Origin: Octopus bimaculoides
Lineage: Eukaryota
Reading direction: 5' to 3'
Assembly: GCF_001194135.2 (NCBI RefSeq)
Contig: NC_068983.1
Location: 74,762,306 to 74,815,930 of the forward strand
DNA: 53,625 bases
The position numbers were made by a program, and so were the translations under genes. This document shows, one piece after another, positions 1-12,418 of this stretch. Each line of letters begins with the position of its first letter. Within the stretch, counting starts at the first letter, position 1. The notes under the pieces were generated by a model that ran no database searches, had not been told where the DNA came from, and was given only the letters and a program-made list of their open reading frames with translations.

Positions 1-182
1 ATGGGAACTGTCCATATCCTACGTAAAATACTTAAACATTCACTAGAACAAAACTGTACAAATCCAAATATATGGTACCCTAGGCATAACACCTACATGA
101 ACTTCTAACTTGTTGTCTCTTGATGTCTCTGGGTGAGACTTGGATCCAACTTGTACAAATGCAAAACAAAAGTCAAACATAA

Positions 183-183
<1 letters not shown>
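1..183 (+). mobile_element. R4/Dong-like REL retrotransposon 3' end (family D), followed by (TAA)n
   Basis: Begins MGTVHILRK, the C-terminal GTAHILRK motif; 3' UTR nearly identical to 11705-11936 apart from a 50-bp deletion; ends in a TAA tract. Confidence 0.8.
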
Positions 184-252
<69 letters not shown>

Positions 253-293
253 GTAATGATAATAATAATAGTAATGATAATAATAATAATAAT

Positions 294-1212
294 TCTTTCT
301 ACTCTAAAGCCGGAAATATTTGTGGGGAGGGGATTACATCGACCTCAGTACTCAACTGGTACTTATTTTATCAATCCCAAAAAGATGAAAGGCAAAGCCG
401 ATCTCGGCAAAATTTGAACTCAGAACGGGCAGACAGATGACATACCGCTAAGCATTTTGACCGGCGTGCTTACGATTCTGTCAGCTTGTCGTTTAATGAT
501 AATAATAATCCTTTCTACTTAAAGCACAAGGCCTGAAATTTTGAGGGGAGGGGACTAGTCGATTATATCGAATCCATTACTTAACTGGTACGTAATTTAT
601 TGACCCGGAAAGGATGAAAGGCAAAATCGACCTCAATTGGAATTTGAACTGATGATGTAAAACGGACAAAATGCCGCTAAGCATTATGACCGGCGTGCTA
701 ACGATTCTGCCGTCTTACTGATAATAATGATAATAAAAATAAATTCAAATTTTAACGCAAAGCCAGCAATTTCGGGGAGGGGACTAGTCGATTACATCGA
801 CCCCGGTGCCCAACTGGTGCTTAATTTATCGTTCCCGAAAGGATGAAAGCCAAACTCGGTTTCGACCGACATTGAACACAAATCGTAAAGATGGAAAAAA
901 TGCCGATAAGCATTTTTCCCGGCATGCTAACGATTTCCCGGCATGCTAACGATTTCCCGGCATGCTAACGATTTCCCGGCATGCCAACTCACCGACTTAT
1001 AATGGTTTCAAATTTTGCCACAAGGGCAACAATTCTGGAGTAGGGGATGAGTCGTTTACATCAACCCCCAGTGTTCAACTGGTACTTATTTTATCGAACC
1101 TGAAAGAATGAAAAGCAAAGTCTACCTCGGCGGAATTTGAACTCAGAAGATAACGACGGATGAAATGCCGCTCAGCATTTTTCCCGGCGTGCTAACGATT
1201 CTGCCGTCTCAG
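294..1212 (-). mobile_element. Four head-to-tail copies of tRNA-derived SINE family 1 (about 294-490, 510-716, 745-995, 1005-1212)
   Basis: Each carries the reverse complement of the A-box-like TGGCAGAATCG, the B-box-like GAGTTCAAATT and the body motif CTTTCATCCTTTCGGGGTCGATAAA; separated by short (AAT)n tracts. Confidence 0.85.
915..984. repeat. 19-bp tandem repeat (TTTCCCGGCATGCTAACGA) x3.7 inside a SINE
   Basis: Three full identical units plus a partial unit, read directly. Confidence 0.9.
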
Positions 1213-1249
1213 TGATAATAGTGATGATGGTAATAATAATAATAATAAC

Positions 1250-1300
<51 letters not shown>

Positions 1301-1301
<1 letters not shown>

Positions 1302-1510
1302 TATTCAGATAAATACATAACAAAAAACACCAGGACTTGCAAATATATATAACATACAGAAAATTGCACTACTGGGCACTGCACACATCCTACGCAAAAC
1401 ACTTTCAATACAGTAACCATAAGAGCATCACAGCAAACCACAGCACATACCCAAGGCACACAGAGCTGCGCTCGGTAGTGAAGTGAAAGCACGTTATAAA
1501 AATAAAACTA

Positions 1511-1513
<3 letters not shown>
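1301..1513 (+). mobile_element. 5'-truncated R4/Dong-like element (family G) embedded in (TAA)n
   Basis: Encodes YSDKYIT..TPGLANIYNIQKIALLGTAHILRKTLSIQ*; near-identical to 13969-14182; TAA tracts on both sides (1231-1299, 1514-1568). Confidence 0.85.
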
Positions 1514-1568
<55 letters not shown>

Positions 1569-1712
1569 GAGATTGCCATGTCGTGCACATATGGTTGTGA
1601 TGCATGTGCCTAGTGTTTACTTATCAGACGAGTAGTCATGACAGGTGTATTGGGCTTCGTATAGTTGAAACCCAGTGTCACTTTGATGGCATGCACTGCT
1701 CTCTCACTCAAT
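1569..1712 (+). repeat. Unclassified retroelement 3' tail ending in (TAA)n
   Basis: Non-simple sequence between two TAA tracts, ending CTCTCTCACTCAATAATAATAA. Confidence 0.4.
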
Positions 1713-1759
1713 AATAATAATATAATGTTTGTGTGTGCATATGTGTGCGTCTTTTGTGT

Positions 1760-1965
1760 TTGTGTTTTCTTAGACTTTCCCCACCGCTTGACAATCGGTG
1801 CTGGGTTTTTACATCCTCATACGTAAATTAGTGGTTCAGCAAAAAGCGACAGAATACGTACTAAGCCAAAAGAAGAAAAAAATTATTGGGGTCGATTTGT
1901 TTGACGAAATGTATCAATGCGGTACCCAAACAGGGCAACAGTCCAATGCCGGAAACAAGTAAAAG
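1760..1965 (+). mobile_element. SINE family 2, 3' portion
   Basis: CCCACCGCTTGACAATCGGTG...GGGGTCGATTTGTTTGAC...GAAACAAGTAAAAG; similar to the reverse complement of 3640-3850 and 7500-7710. Confidence 0.65.
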
Positions 1966-2855
1966 GTGTCGGATGAATGATATCGCTATTTATAACGTAA
2001 TTAAACTGTGTCGGAGCTAAATTGTTTTATCTAATTTTCGTAAGTGTGCAAGCGCTAAGAACATGGATTAATTTACTATACAGCATATTTGGCCAATTCC
2101 AAAATGAGGATATATTTATTTATTACCTACAGAGCGACCTTGACCTAATATCATCAACAGAATATAATATACTTGGAACTAGTGTAGTTTTAATCAGATA
2201 TATCAACTATAGAGTGACCGTGATACAATACATGGAACTAGTTCAAAAATATATTGAGCTGAGATTAATCAGATACAGGCAAACACGAAAAGAACTGCCA
2301 AAATAATATGAAGCATGAATAAAATAAAAATGAAAAACGACTACAGAAAAATAATCTGGGAAAAAGTTGATAAATTAAACCAAATAACATGCAATACAAA
2401 TATTAAGGAATAGAAATAGTGCAGAAAATTAGCAAACAGTCGGTAGTGTCCAAACATGAGGAAATTATACTTATTGACACCTTCTAATGAAATATATTTA
2501 TGTATGCTTACTTTCTATAAGTGTGCCTGTATATGTGTGCCGATATATTTGTGTGTATGTATACGTGTATGTGCGCGCGCGAGCGAGCGTGTATGTGTTT
2601 CAATAATTGGGTGCAATGCCAAATGGAACGTATTGAGAATAAGCTTGAAGTTAATAATACTTAATAATACAATATGGTAGCGACTTAAAAACAAACTATA
2701 GACACATATGATACATGCATATGTACATACAAAAAAATATATATATGTATGCATGCATATATAGTTAAAACCAGATGTATAAGAGATACACTATATGCGT
2801 GTGTGTGTGTACATGTTTGTATATATATATATATATACACACATATATCTGTGCA

Positions 2856-2889
<34 letters not shown>

Positions 2890-2953
2890 TACTTATATAT
2901 ATATAAATATATATATATAAACATATATATGTGTGTGTGTGTATAAATATATA

Positions 2954-2984
<31 letters not shown>

Positions 2985-3540
2985 GTGTGTGTATGTATGT
3001 ATGTATGTATGTATGTATATACAGAGAGAGAGAGAGAGAGAGAGAGAATGAAGTGGTATCTGAAAATGATATTTTCTTATTTTCTTATATATTCTTTATG
3101 TACTTTAAACACAATCTGAGGTTGATAGATCTGCAAAAGAATGTGACGATTCGTTGTAATGGAATTAAGAACCAACTGATCCACGATATTCCAAACAAGA
3201 GCACATTTGGCAAAAGTTCAATATTAATTCTATGCATAAAATGCCGTTTTTCTTTTTACACTATATTGGCTTCTGTCACTCCACCTTTCTCTTTCTCATT
3301 GTCTTTCTCGCTCTCTCTCCATCCTCATTCTCCTTCTCTGTCTGTCTATCTGTCTCACTCTGTCTCTCTTTCTCTTTCTCTCTCTTTCTTTCTCTGTCTC
3401 TTTCTCTCTCTCCTCATACTCTCTTCTGGATTGCCAAATCTTGAAATACTTCACTTCAAGAAGAAAAATTGTAAAAATGTTATACGGCTGCCAAATTATT
3501 TTAGAGAAAATCTGTTATATGAACGTAACCACACATTTGT

Positions 3541-3583
<43 letters not shown>

Positions 3584-3634
3584 TGTGTGCGCGCATGCAT
3601 ATAAAAATATATACATACATATATACATATATTT

Positions 3635-5545
3635 TTATCTTTTCATCTGTCACTTGTTTCAGTCGTCAGACTGTGGCCATGATGAGGTACTGCCTTGAAG
3701 AATTTTAGTCGGATGAATCGATCCCAGTACTTTAATTTTAAGTCTAGTACTTATTCTATCGATACTTTTTGCCGAAACATTAAGTTACGGGAATGTAAAA
3801 ATACCAACACGGGTTGTCAAACAATGGTGAAAGACAAACACTGACACAAACACACACGCGCACATACACACGCAGATACACACACTCAAACACAGATACA
3901 CTCACACACAGATACACACATACACACATATATATATATTATGTCAGGTCGCTCTTGAATGCTACTGGTACTATGTAGTCCAGTAGAAACTGTTCCATGG
4001 TCGGGTCGTCGGTGACTAAACTAACTGGCAACCCTACCAGGCCTGCTTCGTGAGGTGGGTGCTTGTTGAACACCCTGCAGGACAAAAATAAGACCCATCA
4101 AAGGGCGGCGGAATTACAACATAGTCAACGACCATTTAACTACGTGAAGTGTTTGTGTGTGTGTATGTGTTGTATATATTGCATCTTTAAACTCTGTTTG
4201 TGTGCGTATTGTATATATTGTATTTCAGCATGTGTGTACATATTGCATATTGTGTTCTTAAATTGTACATATATTGTATGGTGGCTTAGCTTCTAAGCCC
4301 GGCGGAACCGCTACCACTGGCGGGGATCTGGCGGGGATCTGGCGCCTCAAAACCAGTTGCTTCGGGCAGGTGGGGCTCATCAACCTGGAGGGCAGCCAAC
4401 TGGGGGGAAAGGAAACCCTGATTTGAAGCCTCTGCCGTCTTGCAGGTTACCGGATGACAGGGAAGGCTTCAGGAGTAAACCTCGAGGAAAAATCAGGAGT
4501 CGGAGCCCCTAAGGCAGCTCGGTGTTGACTTCAACTTCGTCCTGGCAGCTCTTGCTACCACGTTGGCCCCAAACTGTAGCAGCCTGCTGTTCCTTTAGAT
4601 TTGTCAGTGAGGTGGAGAGCGGGGTAAAGTTGCATGGGCAACAACCTGTTCTCCATACTACATTGTCCAGGCTCACATCCGTCCACGCCATCATTAAACA
4701 TGCACACCTGCACCTGGAGAGGACACTCCAGCTTCGGCATTTATTTGGTGTCGACACAACACGGGAAGCAGCAGATACCGGTTATAAGCCTTTACTCAAC
4801 TGGTGTACAGTGCAGCGCCAGGGGTTGATTCCGACGGTGGGAGAGATCTTCGAGTCTCATTGAACAGCTACCGCCCGCCCCAAGTTAGACAAACCCCAGC
4901 CAGTAAGGTGTTGTCCCGCCACGGCATGCTTTCCTCATTGAGTGCATGGGGATTAGAACATCCGACAAGCAGATCGTCAACTACCGCACCAGGCAAAAAC
5001 AGAAAAGCTATCAAAAAGAGACCAGCTCTAAAACTGGGATGCTGGAATATCTGGACTCTCTCAGGACCTTCAGGACATCAGTGACACTAGGAAAACAGCA
5101 TTCATCGACGAGGAGCTCAAGAGATTGAATGCCGATATCGCTGCTCTGCAGGAAACACGGTTAGCCGATGTAAGCACACTAAGGGAGAGTGAGTACACCA
5201 AGGCCTATATGCAACATATATGCAACACCATATGTTGCAGAAAAGCGAGCCCGACGTAAGGGATCGACAGCCGACAGACCAGAATCCACACACAGATGTG
5301 ATCTATGCGACCGAGACTGTCATTCACGCATTGATCTCCATAGCTGCTCAAGCCGAGCGGCCCAACCTAGACAAAAACTGGACGGATGTGATAACCATGG
5401 CCAGCCGTGAGCGAAGGTGGCCTAAGTATATATATCTATATATATATAAGCGCAACGGGCTTCTTTCGGTTTCTGTCTACCAAATATATTCACAAGGCTT
5501 TTGGTCGGCCTGAGGCTATAACAGAAGACACTTGCCCAAGTTGCG
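3635..5545 (-). mobile_element. SINE family 2 copy split by an insertion (tail about 3635-3940, head about 5427-5545)
   Basis: Tail and head both match the uninterrupted copy at 7495-7975, in the same order and orientation; its internal (TA)n is found on both sides of the insert. Confidence 0.7.
3941..5426 (+). mobile_element. Internally deleted RTE (BovB-like) LINE: 5' UTR + APE N-terminus fused to the C-terminus
   Basis: LKLGCWNIWT and DTRKTAFIDEELKRLNADIAALQETRL (APE endonuclease start) joined near 5200 to AEKRARRK...HRCDLCDRDCHSRIDLHS (RTE C-terminal Cys/His motif); GC-rich RTE-type leader at 4280-4520; 5' limit uncertain. Confidence 0.8.
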
Positions 5546-7129
5546 GCTCTGGGGATATATGATGGTGTATTATTAGTCAGGTTGTCATGGTAAAAATCAG
5601 TCGGTTATTCTCTAGCATAAACACGGCTTTTATTGAAAATATAGATGACTCGATTCGTCCCATATCAACACTAGACACCAAATTCCGATATGCACAAGGA
5701 TATTATATAATCCCTTTCCGAAAGCAAAAAGTATTCCTTATTATTCGAGAATCAAACTTGTGAATAAAGGGAAGGATGAAGTAGTCGAATACGACATCTG
5801 TTTCAAAAGCTGTATCTTATATAACAATACGAATGTCTTGTAGCCGCCCGGTGTGCTCTTTCATTATGTACATATGACTGTTTAGTTGAAAATACTCTGC
5901 TGTAATAGAAAATACAGAAGAAAGCCTGGCTTGCAGAAACAATCCAATTGAGAATGGAGATTGGAATCAGTAATGTATCAATGGTGTGCCCTACTCACCG
6001 ATTACCTCAACGAGATAAATAGGAGTGTGGTTTCATTTCATTGCCTACATATTCATATTACTTACTGTATGCAGTTGATTATAATCTCATTAATGCATAT
6101 ATGGCGTCAATAATGGGCAATCGGCGCGCCAAAAGCTGAGATGATTATTGCTAAGGATAGATGAATATTGGTAAAAACTGCTCATGTGGGGTAAAAAGAA
6201 AGCGGAAAGAAGAAAATAGAGAAAGAAAAATGTGTTGACAGTTATGAGTTTTTTGTATGTATACATAGCATTCTTCCACAACAGACACACACACTAACAT
6301 ACGCACACACATACACAGACAAACATACACATACGCAGACACACACACAAGTGAAACTACGCAGACGTACGCATACGAAGCGTATTAGTATATACATATA
6401 ATTATAGACGCACATATAAGCATATGTAATCAAATATACATGCACATATGCATTCATATACATACATATATAGATATAAATATATCAATATATCTATACA
6501 TAGGTACATCTATATATGTAGCTACTACATACTCGTTCAACAAACGCATATACTAAAAAATAAAAGAAAATATAGGTAGAGGTATATACACACTTAGGCG
6601 TTAATCTTTACAAAACCACTACGATCCTATGATATTAAAATAAAGGCATAATAACAAGTATATATGTAACCTCATACTAACATACACATGCAGACGTTCG
6701 CTGGAATTTAATTAAATATGATGGCAGAAATAAGAAACCATGTGACAAAAATCTAAAATGCGGCAGGTGAACAAAGTTACGTATATAGTTGTAGACGCAT
6801 AAATTCACACGCAGAAAAAAAAGCACACACGCACATCTACGTACGTTTAAGGTTGCTAGACATATAGGAAAACGATACATGACATTATATAGGTTGTACG
6901 AGGTAGGATATAACATCATTGGCGAATGGGAAAGTGATCGAAGTAATAAGTTAGCCGTTAGGAACGTAAGGTATGGGAAGTATATTAATCTCATCAAGTT
7001 CCCCACATCCCCACTTAGTGGTAACACAGAGGAGTAATTCAGAATCCAGAATTGTGTGTACTGGTTAATAAAATTAGATGAAATGACTACTAGGGAGCTT
7101 CATAATTGCGCTAAATTATGTTAAACAGA

Positions 7130-7335
7130 AGGCAGAAACGTTAGCATGCCGGGCGAAATGCTTAGCAGTATTTTGTCTGTCTTTACATTCTGAATTCAAA
7201 TTCCGCCGAGGGCGACTTTGCCTTTCATCCTTTCGGGGTCGATAAATTAACTACCAGTTGCATCCTGGGGTCCATCTAATCGACTGGCCCCCTCCCCGTA
7301 AATTTCAGGCCTTGTGCCGAGAGCAGAAAAGAAAT
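7130..7335 (+). mobile_element. SINE family 1 copy
   Basis: GGCAGAAACGTTAGCATGCCGGGC...TTCAAATTCCGCCGAG...GGGGTCGATAAATT...GGCCTTGTGCC. Confidence 0.85.
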
Positions 7336-7494
7336 AATGTTAAACACATGAAGTGTGGACTAGAAGCGGAGCAAGGCGAGGTATCTTACGAAATTTTTAA
7401 GAACCACAAATAAACTGGGGATGACAGGTATTGTTTAACAGGAATCAGGGCTTGTAGCGAAGGAGGGTGTTGTGTAATCCAGTGTTTACGCTTT

Positions 7495-7735
7495 TTTTAA
7501 TCTTTTATCCTTTGCTCATTTCAGTCACCAGATTGGGACCTAGCTGAGGTACCACCTTAAAGACATTGAGTGGACGTAATCGACTCCAGTCCTTATTAGC
7601 TTTTTAAGACTGTTACTTATTCTATCGGACTCTTTTGCCAAACCGCTAGTCTACTGTGGAGTGGAGTAAACACACCAGCATCGGTTGTCAAGAGGTGGTG
7701 GAGACAAACACACATACACACATACACACACACAT

Positions 7736-7780
<45 letters not shown>

Positions 7781-7975
7781 TATATATATATATATATATA
7801 CACGATAGGTTTCTTTCAGTTTCCGTCTACTAAATCCACTCACAAAGCATTGGTTTTCCCAAGGCTTTAGCTTAAGACACCTGCCCAAGGTGCCACGTAG
7901 TGTAACTAAACCCAGCACCATGTGATCGTGTGGTCGGGAGGCGAACTTCTTATCAAACATCCACCCATTTCCTTA
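7495..7975 (-). mobile_element. Near full-length SINE family 2 with central (TA)n/(TG)n microsatellite
   Basis: tRNA-like head with CACCTTGGGCAGGTGTCTT motif at 7810-7975, (CA)n(TA)n at 7710-7800, conserved tail at 7495-7710. Confidence 0.75.
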
Positions 7976-8039
7976 TGAGTTATCTAGCGAAGGAATGTGA
8001 ATTTCTTTCAGAAATGAGGAGGAATTAACTAGTAATTTT

Positions 8040-8350
8040 AAATGTCTTGGCGGTCAGAGGACAGACTTTGACCACCAGGGACCTTCTTCACCGTCATGGA
8101 TCCTGTCTCTTTGAAAGTTTTTTTAATCCTGTACACAGTTCTTTCAGGTGCAATTCCTTTAGCAACAGTATCCTATGTTGTTAGTTCATTTTGGTGGAAA
8201 GAAATTATTTACTGATGTTTTTCTTATGCCACTACCATACCTGCAATAAAAGAAAAGAAAATTTGAAGTTTTTGTGAGGGGAAAGAGCATTGATTAATTA
8301 AAAATCAATCATAAAAGGCTCATGACATAATACATAACTTTACTTACAGT
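8040..8350 (-). mobile_element. Tc1-like transposase N-terminal remnant with a candidate upstream intron
   Basis: Minus frame TVAKGIAPERTVYRIKKTFKETGSMTVKKVPGGQSLSSDRQD resembles the Tc1 HTH region; GTAAGT donor at 8347 and polypyrimidine-TTGCAG acceptor at 8241. Confidence 0.55.
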
Positions 8351-8999
8351 TCTGGCTATTAATTATTAGTTTGCATGCGATTCCAACTTGAAATCATGAA
8401 GAGGAATGTGATTTTCATTTTTTGGAAATATCACCAATTCCGCAAACATGATTATTTTCATTATCTATTAGTTTTCAACGATTTTTCTTTCAAATCTTAT
8501 TGGATAACAGATAACCTGTTAAAATAATATTAAATCATTAACGTTCACATGATATTTCACACGCAATAGCTAAAAGACGGATGGATGGATGGCGAACAAG
8601 GGTGTGGAGTGGAGTGAAAGCGTTTGAAGAGGCCAGGATGACGCAAGTAGGGCTCAAGAAATATTTAAGGAAAAATGTAAAGATCGAGAAGGTGAATGAC
8701 AAGGACCTTTTTCTGTAGCGGTTGAGTAGAGATCATCCAAAGGTGCTAGATAGCAGTAGCTTGAGCCATAACAGTGTGTTTAAAGTTGTACTATATACAG
8801 ATACGCTTCATATACGTGCATGTACGTAGTTTCTCTTATGAGTGTGTGTGCGAGTGTGCATATTTACAAGCAACCTACTATTGTCGCTTTGCTTTTCTTT
8901 TTCATTTTTCTTTTCTCATTTTCCCGTTCTTTGCGCCCCTTATGTTTTTTTCTGGTTTTTTTTCCATGTGGGTTATCACTACTAATATTTATCTTTCCA

Positions 9000-9210
9000 A
9001 AGGCAGAATCGTTAGCACGCCGGGCAAAATGCTTTACACCATTTCGTCCATCTTCACGTTCTCAATTCAACTTTCACCGAGGTTGACTTTGCCTTTCATC
9101 CTGTCGGAGTTGATAAGATAAGTACCAGTTGGACACTGGCATCGATGTAACCGATTTACTCCTCCCCTAAAATTACTGGCCTTGTGCCAAAATTTGAAAC
9201 CGATATTCAT
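9000..9210 (+). mobile_element. SINE family 1 copy
   Basis: GGCAGAATCGTTAGCACGCCGGGCAAAATGC...CTTTCATCCTGTCGGAGTTGATAAG; tail AAATTTGAAACC. Confidence 0.85.
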
Positions 9211-9514
9211 CTATCCTTAGCAATAAACATCTCAGCTTTCGTCGCGCCGGCTGCCCATTATTGACGACAGATATACATTAATGACCTTATAATCTACTGC
9301 ATCCACTACAGAAATTTTAAATATGTTGATAATGAAACGAAACCATGCTCCTACTTTTTTAGTTAATTGGTGAGATGGGAATGCCATTGGTACTTTACCA
9401 ATTCTAATCCCCATTCCCACAGTTTAGATTCTTCTGCTAGCCCGGATTTCTTCTACGTTCTACAGCAAGAAACTATCATTAGGTCTTTATAGATTTCAGC
9501 AAGTTTAAAAGAGC

Positions 9515-9688
9515 GGTTAAGTCGATCACATCAACCCCAGTGCTCAACTGGTACTTACTTTATCGACTATCAAAAAGTCGTGCAAGGAAAAGTTGATATT
9601 GGCGGAATTTGAACTCGGCACGAAGAGACAGAAGAAATGCCGGTAGGCATTTTTTCCGGCGTGTTAACGATTCTACCAGCTCGCCGTT
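9515..9688 (-). mobile_element. SINE family 1 copy
   Basis: CCCAGTGCTCAACTGGTACTT...GGCGGAATTTGAACTC...TTAACGATTCTACCAGCTCGCC. Confidence 0.8.
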
Positions 9689-10444
9689 GTTTTATATATA
9701 GGGAAAGAGAGATGTAGATAAAGTGAGATGGAGAGAAGGAGACCAAATGACTGCAACGGAATTGCCAATTGCCCATTGGTTTGGGGGTTGTTTTCCTTCT
9801 TTAAGAATAAACCAAATATCTAAGTCAATTCTTTAACGGTCTGTGAAGATTATCATATGCTTTCTAGGGTCATGAAAATGGAATTCATGTCAGTCATACT
9901 ATCATCGAAAGGCGATGTTATTACTGAACCGAGAATTAAAAGCGGTTTCATGAGGATAAAGATGAAGCTGGTGTTTCTGGTAATTTATAACAGTGAAGAT
10001 TAAAATGGGAAGGGTTTTACTGATGGTAAGACTAAATACAAAATAAAATACATACAATGCAATAGCAGTAAAGTTGATAGTGTGCCATCATTATTATATT
10101 TCAACTCCAATATCAACTTAAGCCATAAATCTCTGCTGTTTACCAACTGTAAAATCTGAAGCTGATACTTCGTGCTAATAATGATTATAAGTTTAAAAGG
10201 AATTACGATCTTAGCAAACTTTATTAAGGATTGTTATCATTAACAATACAGAAGTGATAAGACTTAACGTTGCAAGTAAATAGGGTTTTATAAATATAAC
10301 AAATTGTGTTGTTACGCTATGATTTTCTTTGTCGTAATTGGTACAATTAACGCGTGCGTATTTCAATTTATTTGTTTGATCAACTTCAATTTTTTCCCTG
10401 CCTGTCTCATTCCACACAAGGCTACCCGTCGGCCAGTCACAGAT

Positions 10445-10504
<60 letters not shown>

Positions 10505-10507
<3 letters not shown>

Positions 10508-10885
10508 CTATAAACGCTAATAAACCGGATATTATTATAAAAGATCAGACAAAGAAGACGTGTTTGTTAATTGACATGAGTATTCCCTCTGATCATAATA
10601 TAGCGGCGAAAGAATTTGACAAGATCAGTAAATATAAAGACTTGCTAATAGAAATTGAAAAAATGTGGCACCCCAAGGCGAATACCATACCAGTGATTGT
10701 AGGATCTCTAGGAATGATAAAAAAAAGGTACTGAAACCTATTTGAAAATGATGCCAGGCTTACCATCCCTACAGGAAGTGCAAAAGATCGTGTTAACTGG
10801 AACGACTCATGTACTGAGAAGAGCATTATCGCTGTGAAAACAACATCCATTCATGAATTTTTTTTTTTTCTTAAATACATGTTTT
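10505..10885 (+). mobile_element. R4/Dong-like REL endonuclease fragment (family C)
   Basis: SINANKPDIIIKDQTKKTCLLIDMSIP...KISKYKDL (PD..D.xK fold); removing one A from the run near 10720 gives GTETYLKMMPG...GTTHVLRRALSL* (stop 10835-10837); preceded by (TAA)n 10446-10504. Confidence 0.85.
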
Positions 10886-11676
10886 NNNNNNNNNNNNNNN
10901 NNNNNNNNNNNNNNNNNNNNNNNNNNNNNNNNNNNNNNNNNNNNNNNNNNNNNNNNNNNNNNNNNNNNNNNNNNNNNNNNNNNNNNNNNNNNNNNNNNNN
11001 NNNNNNNNNNNNNNNNNNNNNNNNNNNNNNNNNNNNNNNNNNNNNNNNNNNNNNNNNNNNNNNNNNNNNNNNNNNNNNNNNNNNNNNNNNNNNNNNNNNN
11101 NNNNNNNNNNNNNNNNNNNNNNNNNNNNNNNNNNNNNNNNNNNNNNNNNNNNNNNNNNNNNNNNNNNNNNNNNNNNNNNNNNNNNNNNNNNNNNNNNNNN
11201 NNNNNNNNNNNNNNNNNNNNNNNNNNNNNNNNNNNNNNNNNNNNNNNNNNNNNNNNNNNNNNNNNNNNNNNNNNNNNNNNNNNNNNNNNNNNNNNNNNNN
11301 NNNNNNNNNNNNNNNNNNNNNNNNNNNNNNNNNNNNNNNNNNNNNNNNNNNNNNNNNNNNNNNNNNNNNNNNNNNNNNNNNNNNNNNNNNNNNNNNNNNN
11401 NNNNNNNNNNNNNNNNNNNNNNNNNNNNNNNNNNNNNNNNNNNNNNNNNNNNNNNNNNNNNNNNNNNNNNNNNNNNNNNNNNNNNNNNNNNNNNNNNNNN
11501 NNNNNNNNNNNNNNNNNNNNNNNNNNNNNNNNNNNNNNNNNNNNNNNNNNNNNNNNNNNNNNNNNNNNNNNNNNNNNNNNNNNNNNNNNNNNNNNNNNNN
11601 NNNNNNNNNNNNNNNNNNNNNNNNNNNNNNNNNNNNNNNNNNNNNNNNNNNNNNNNNNNAATAATAATAATAATAA

Positions 11677-11935
11677 TATGGCTGAAGTCCAAAAGATAGT
11701 GCTCATGGGAACTGCCCATATCCTACGTAAATACTGTCTATGTGATCTCAAATTTTAAAGCAAACATAATTTTCTTATGGTTTCTTAAACATTCACTTGA
11801 ACAAAACTGTACAAATCCAAATATATGGTACCCTAGGCATAACACCTACATGAACTTCTAACTTGTTGTCTCTTGAGGTCTCTGGGTGAGACTTGGATCC
11901 AACTTGTACAAATGCAAAACAAAAGTCAAACATAA

Positions 11936-11936
<1 letters not shown>
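11677..11936 (+). mobile_element. R4/Dong-like 3' end (family D)
   Basis: MAEVQKIVLMGTAHILRK; TAA tracts on both sides; paralog at 1-183. Confidence 0.8.
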
Positions 11937-11975
<39 letters not shown>

Positions 11976-12374
11976 GAATAGGAAGCCAGACATAGTGTTA
12001 ATTGAGAAAGATAACAAACGATGCTGGATCATAGATATAGCATGGCCAGCTGACAACAAGTTATGCGATAAGGAAGATAGATATGACAGGCTACCTTGGG
12101 AGGTTAAGCAGTTGTGGTCGATGAAAAAGGTAGCAGTAGTAACAATAATTGTCGGAGCCCTGGGAATAGTGAGTAAACATCTTGAGAAGTACATGGAACA
12201 AATAGGGGCTGCAATAAGGGCGGAGCACTTGCAGAAAACAGCACTACATGGAACCGCTCGAATACTCCAGAAGGTGCTCGAAAAATAAGGGGTGTTACTT
12301 TAGTTCACTGGTAGTGAACAGCTAGCACCATAGTACATCTCCAGCATTAAAAGCTGTACAAAGGCAATGATCAC
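11976..12374 (+). mobile_element. R4/Dong-like REL fragment (family E/I)
   Basis: Open frame NRKPDIVLIEKDNKRCWIIDIAWPADN...GALG...LQKTALHGTARILQKVLEK* (stop 12286-12288), then 3' UTR and TAA. Confidence 0.85.
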
Positions 12375-12418
12375 AATAATAATAGTGATAATGATAATAA
12401 TAATAATGATAATAATAA

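Noticed and set aside
3941-4140. HDV-like ribozyme in the RTE 5' leader (known from some RTE elements)
   Set aside because: Only partial helices were found (CCT/AGG and a bulged P1); no consistent nested double pseudoknot by eye. A descriptor search would be needed
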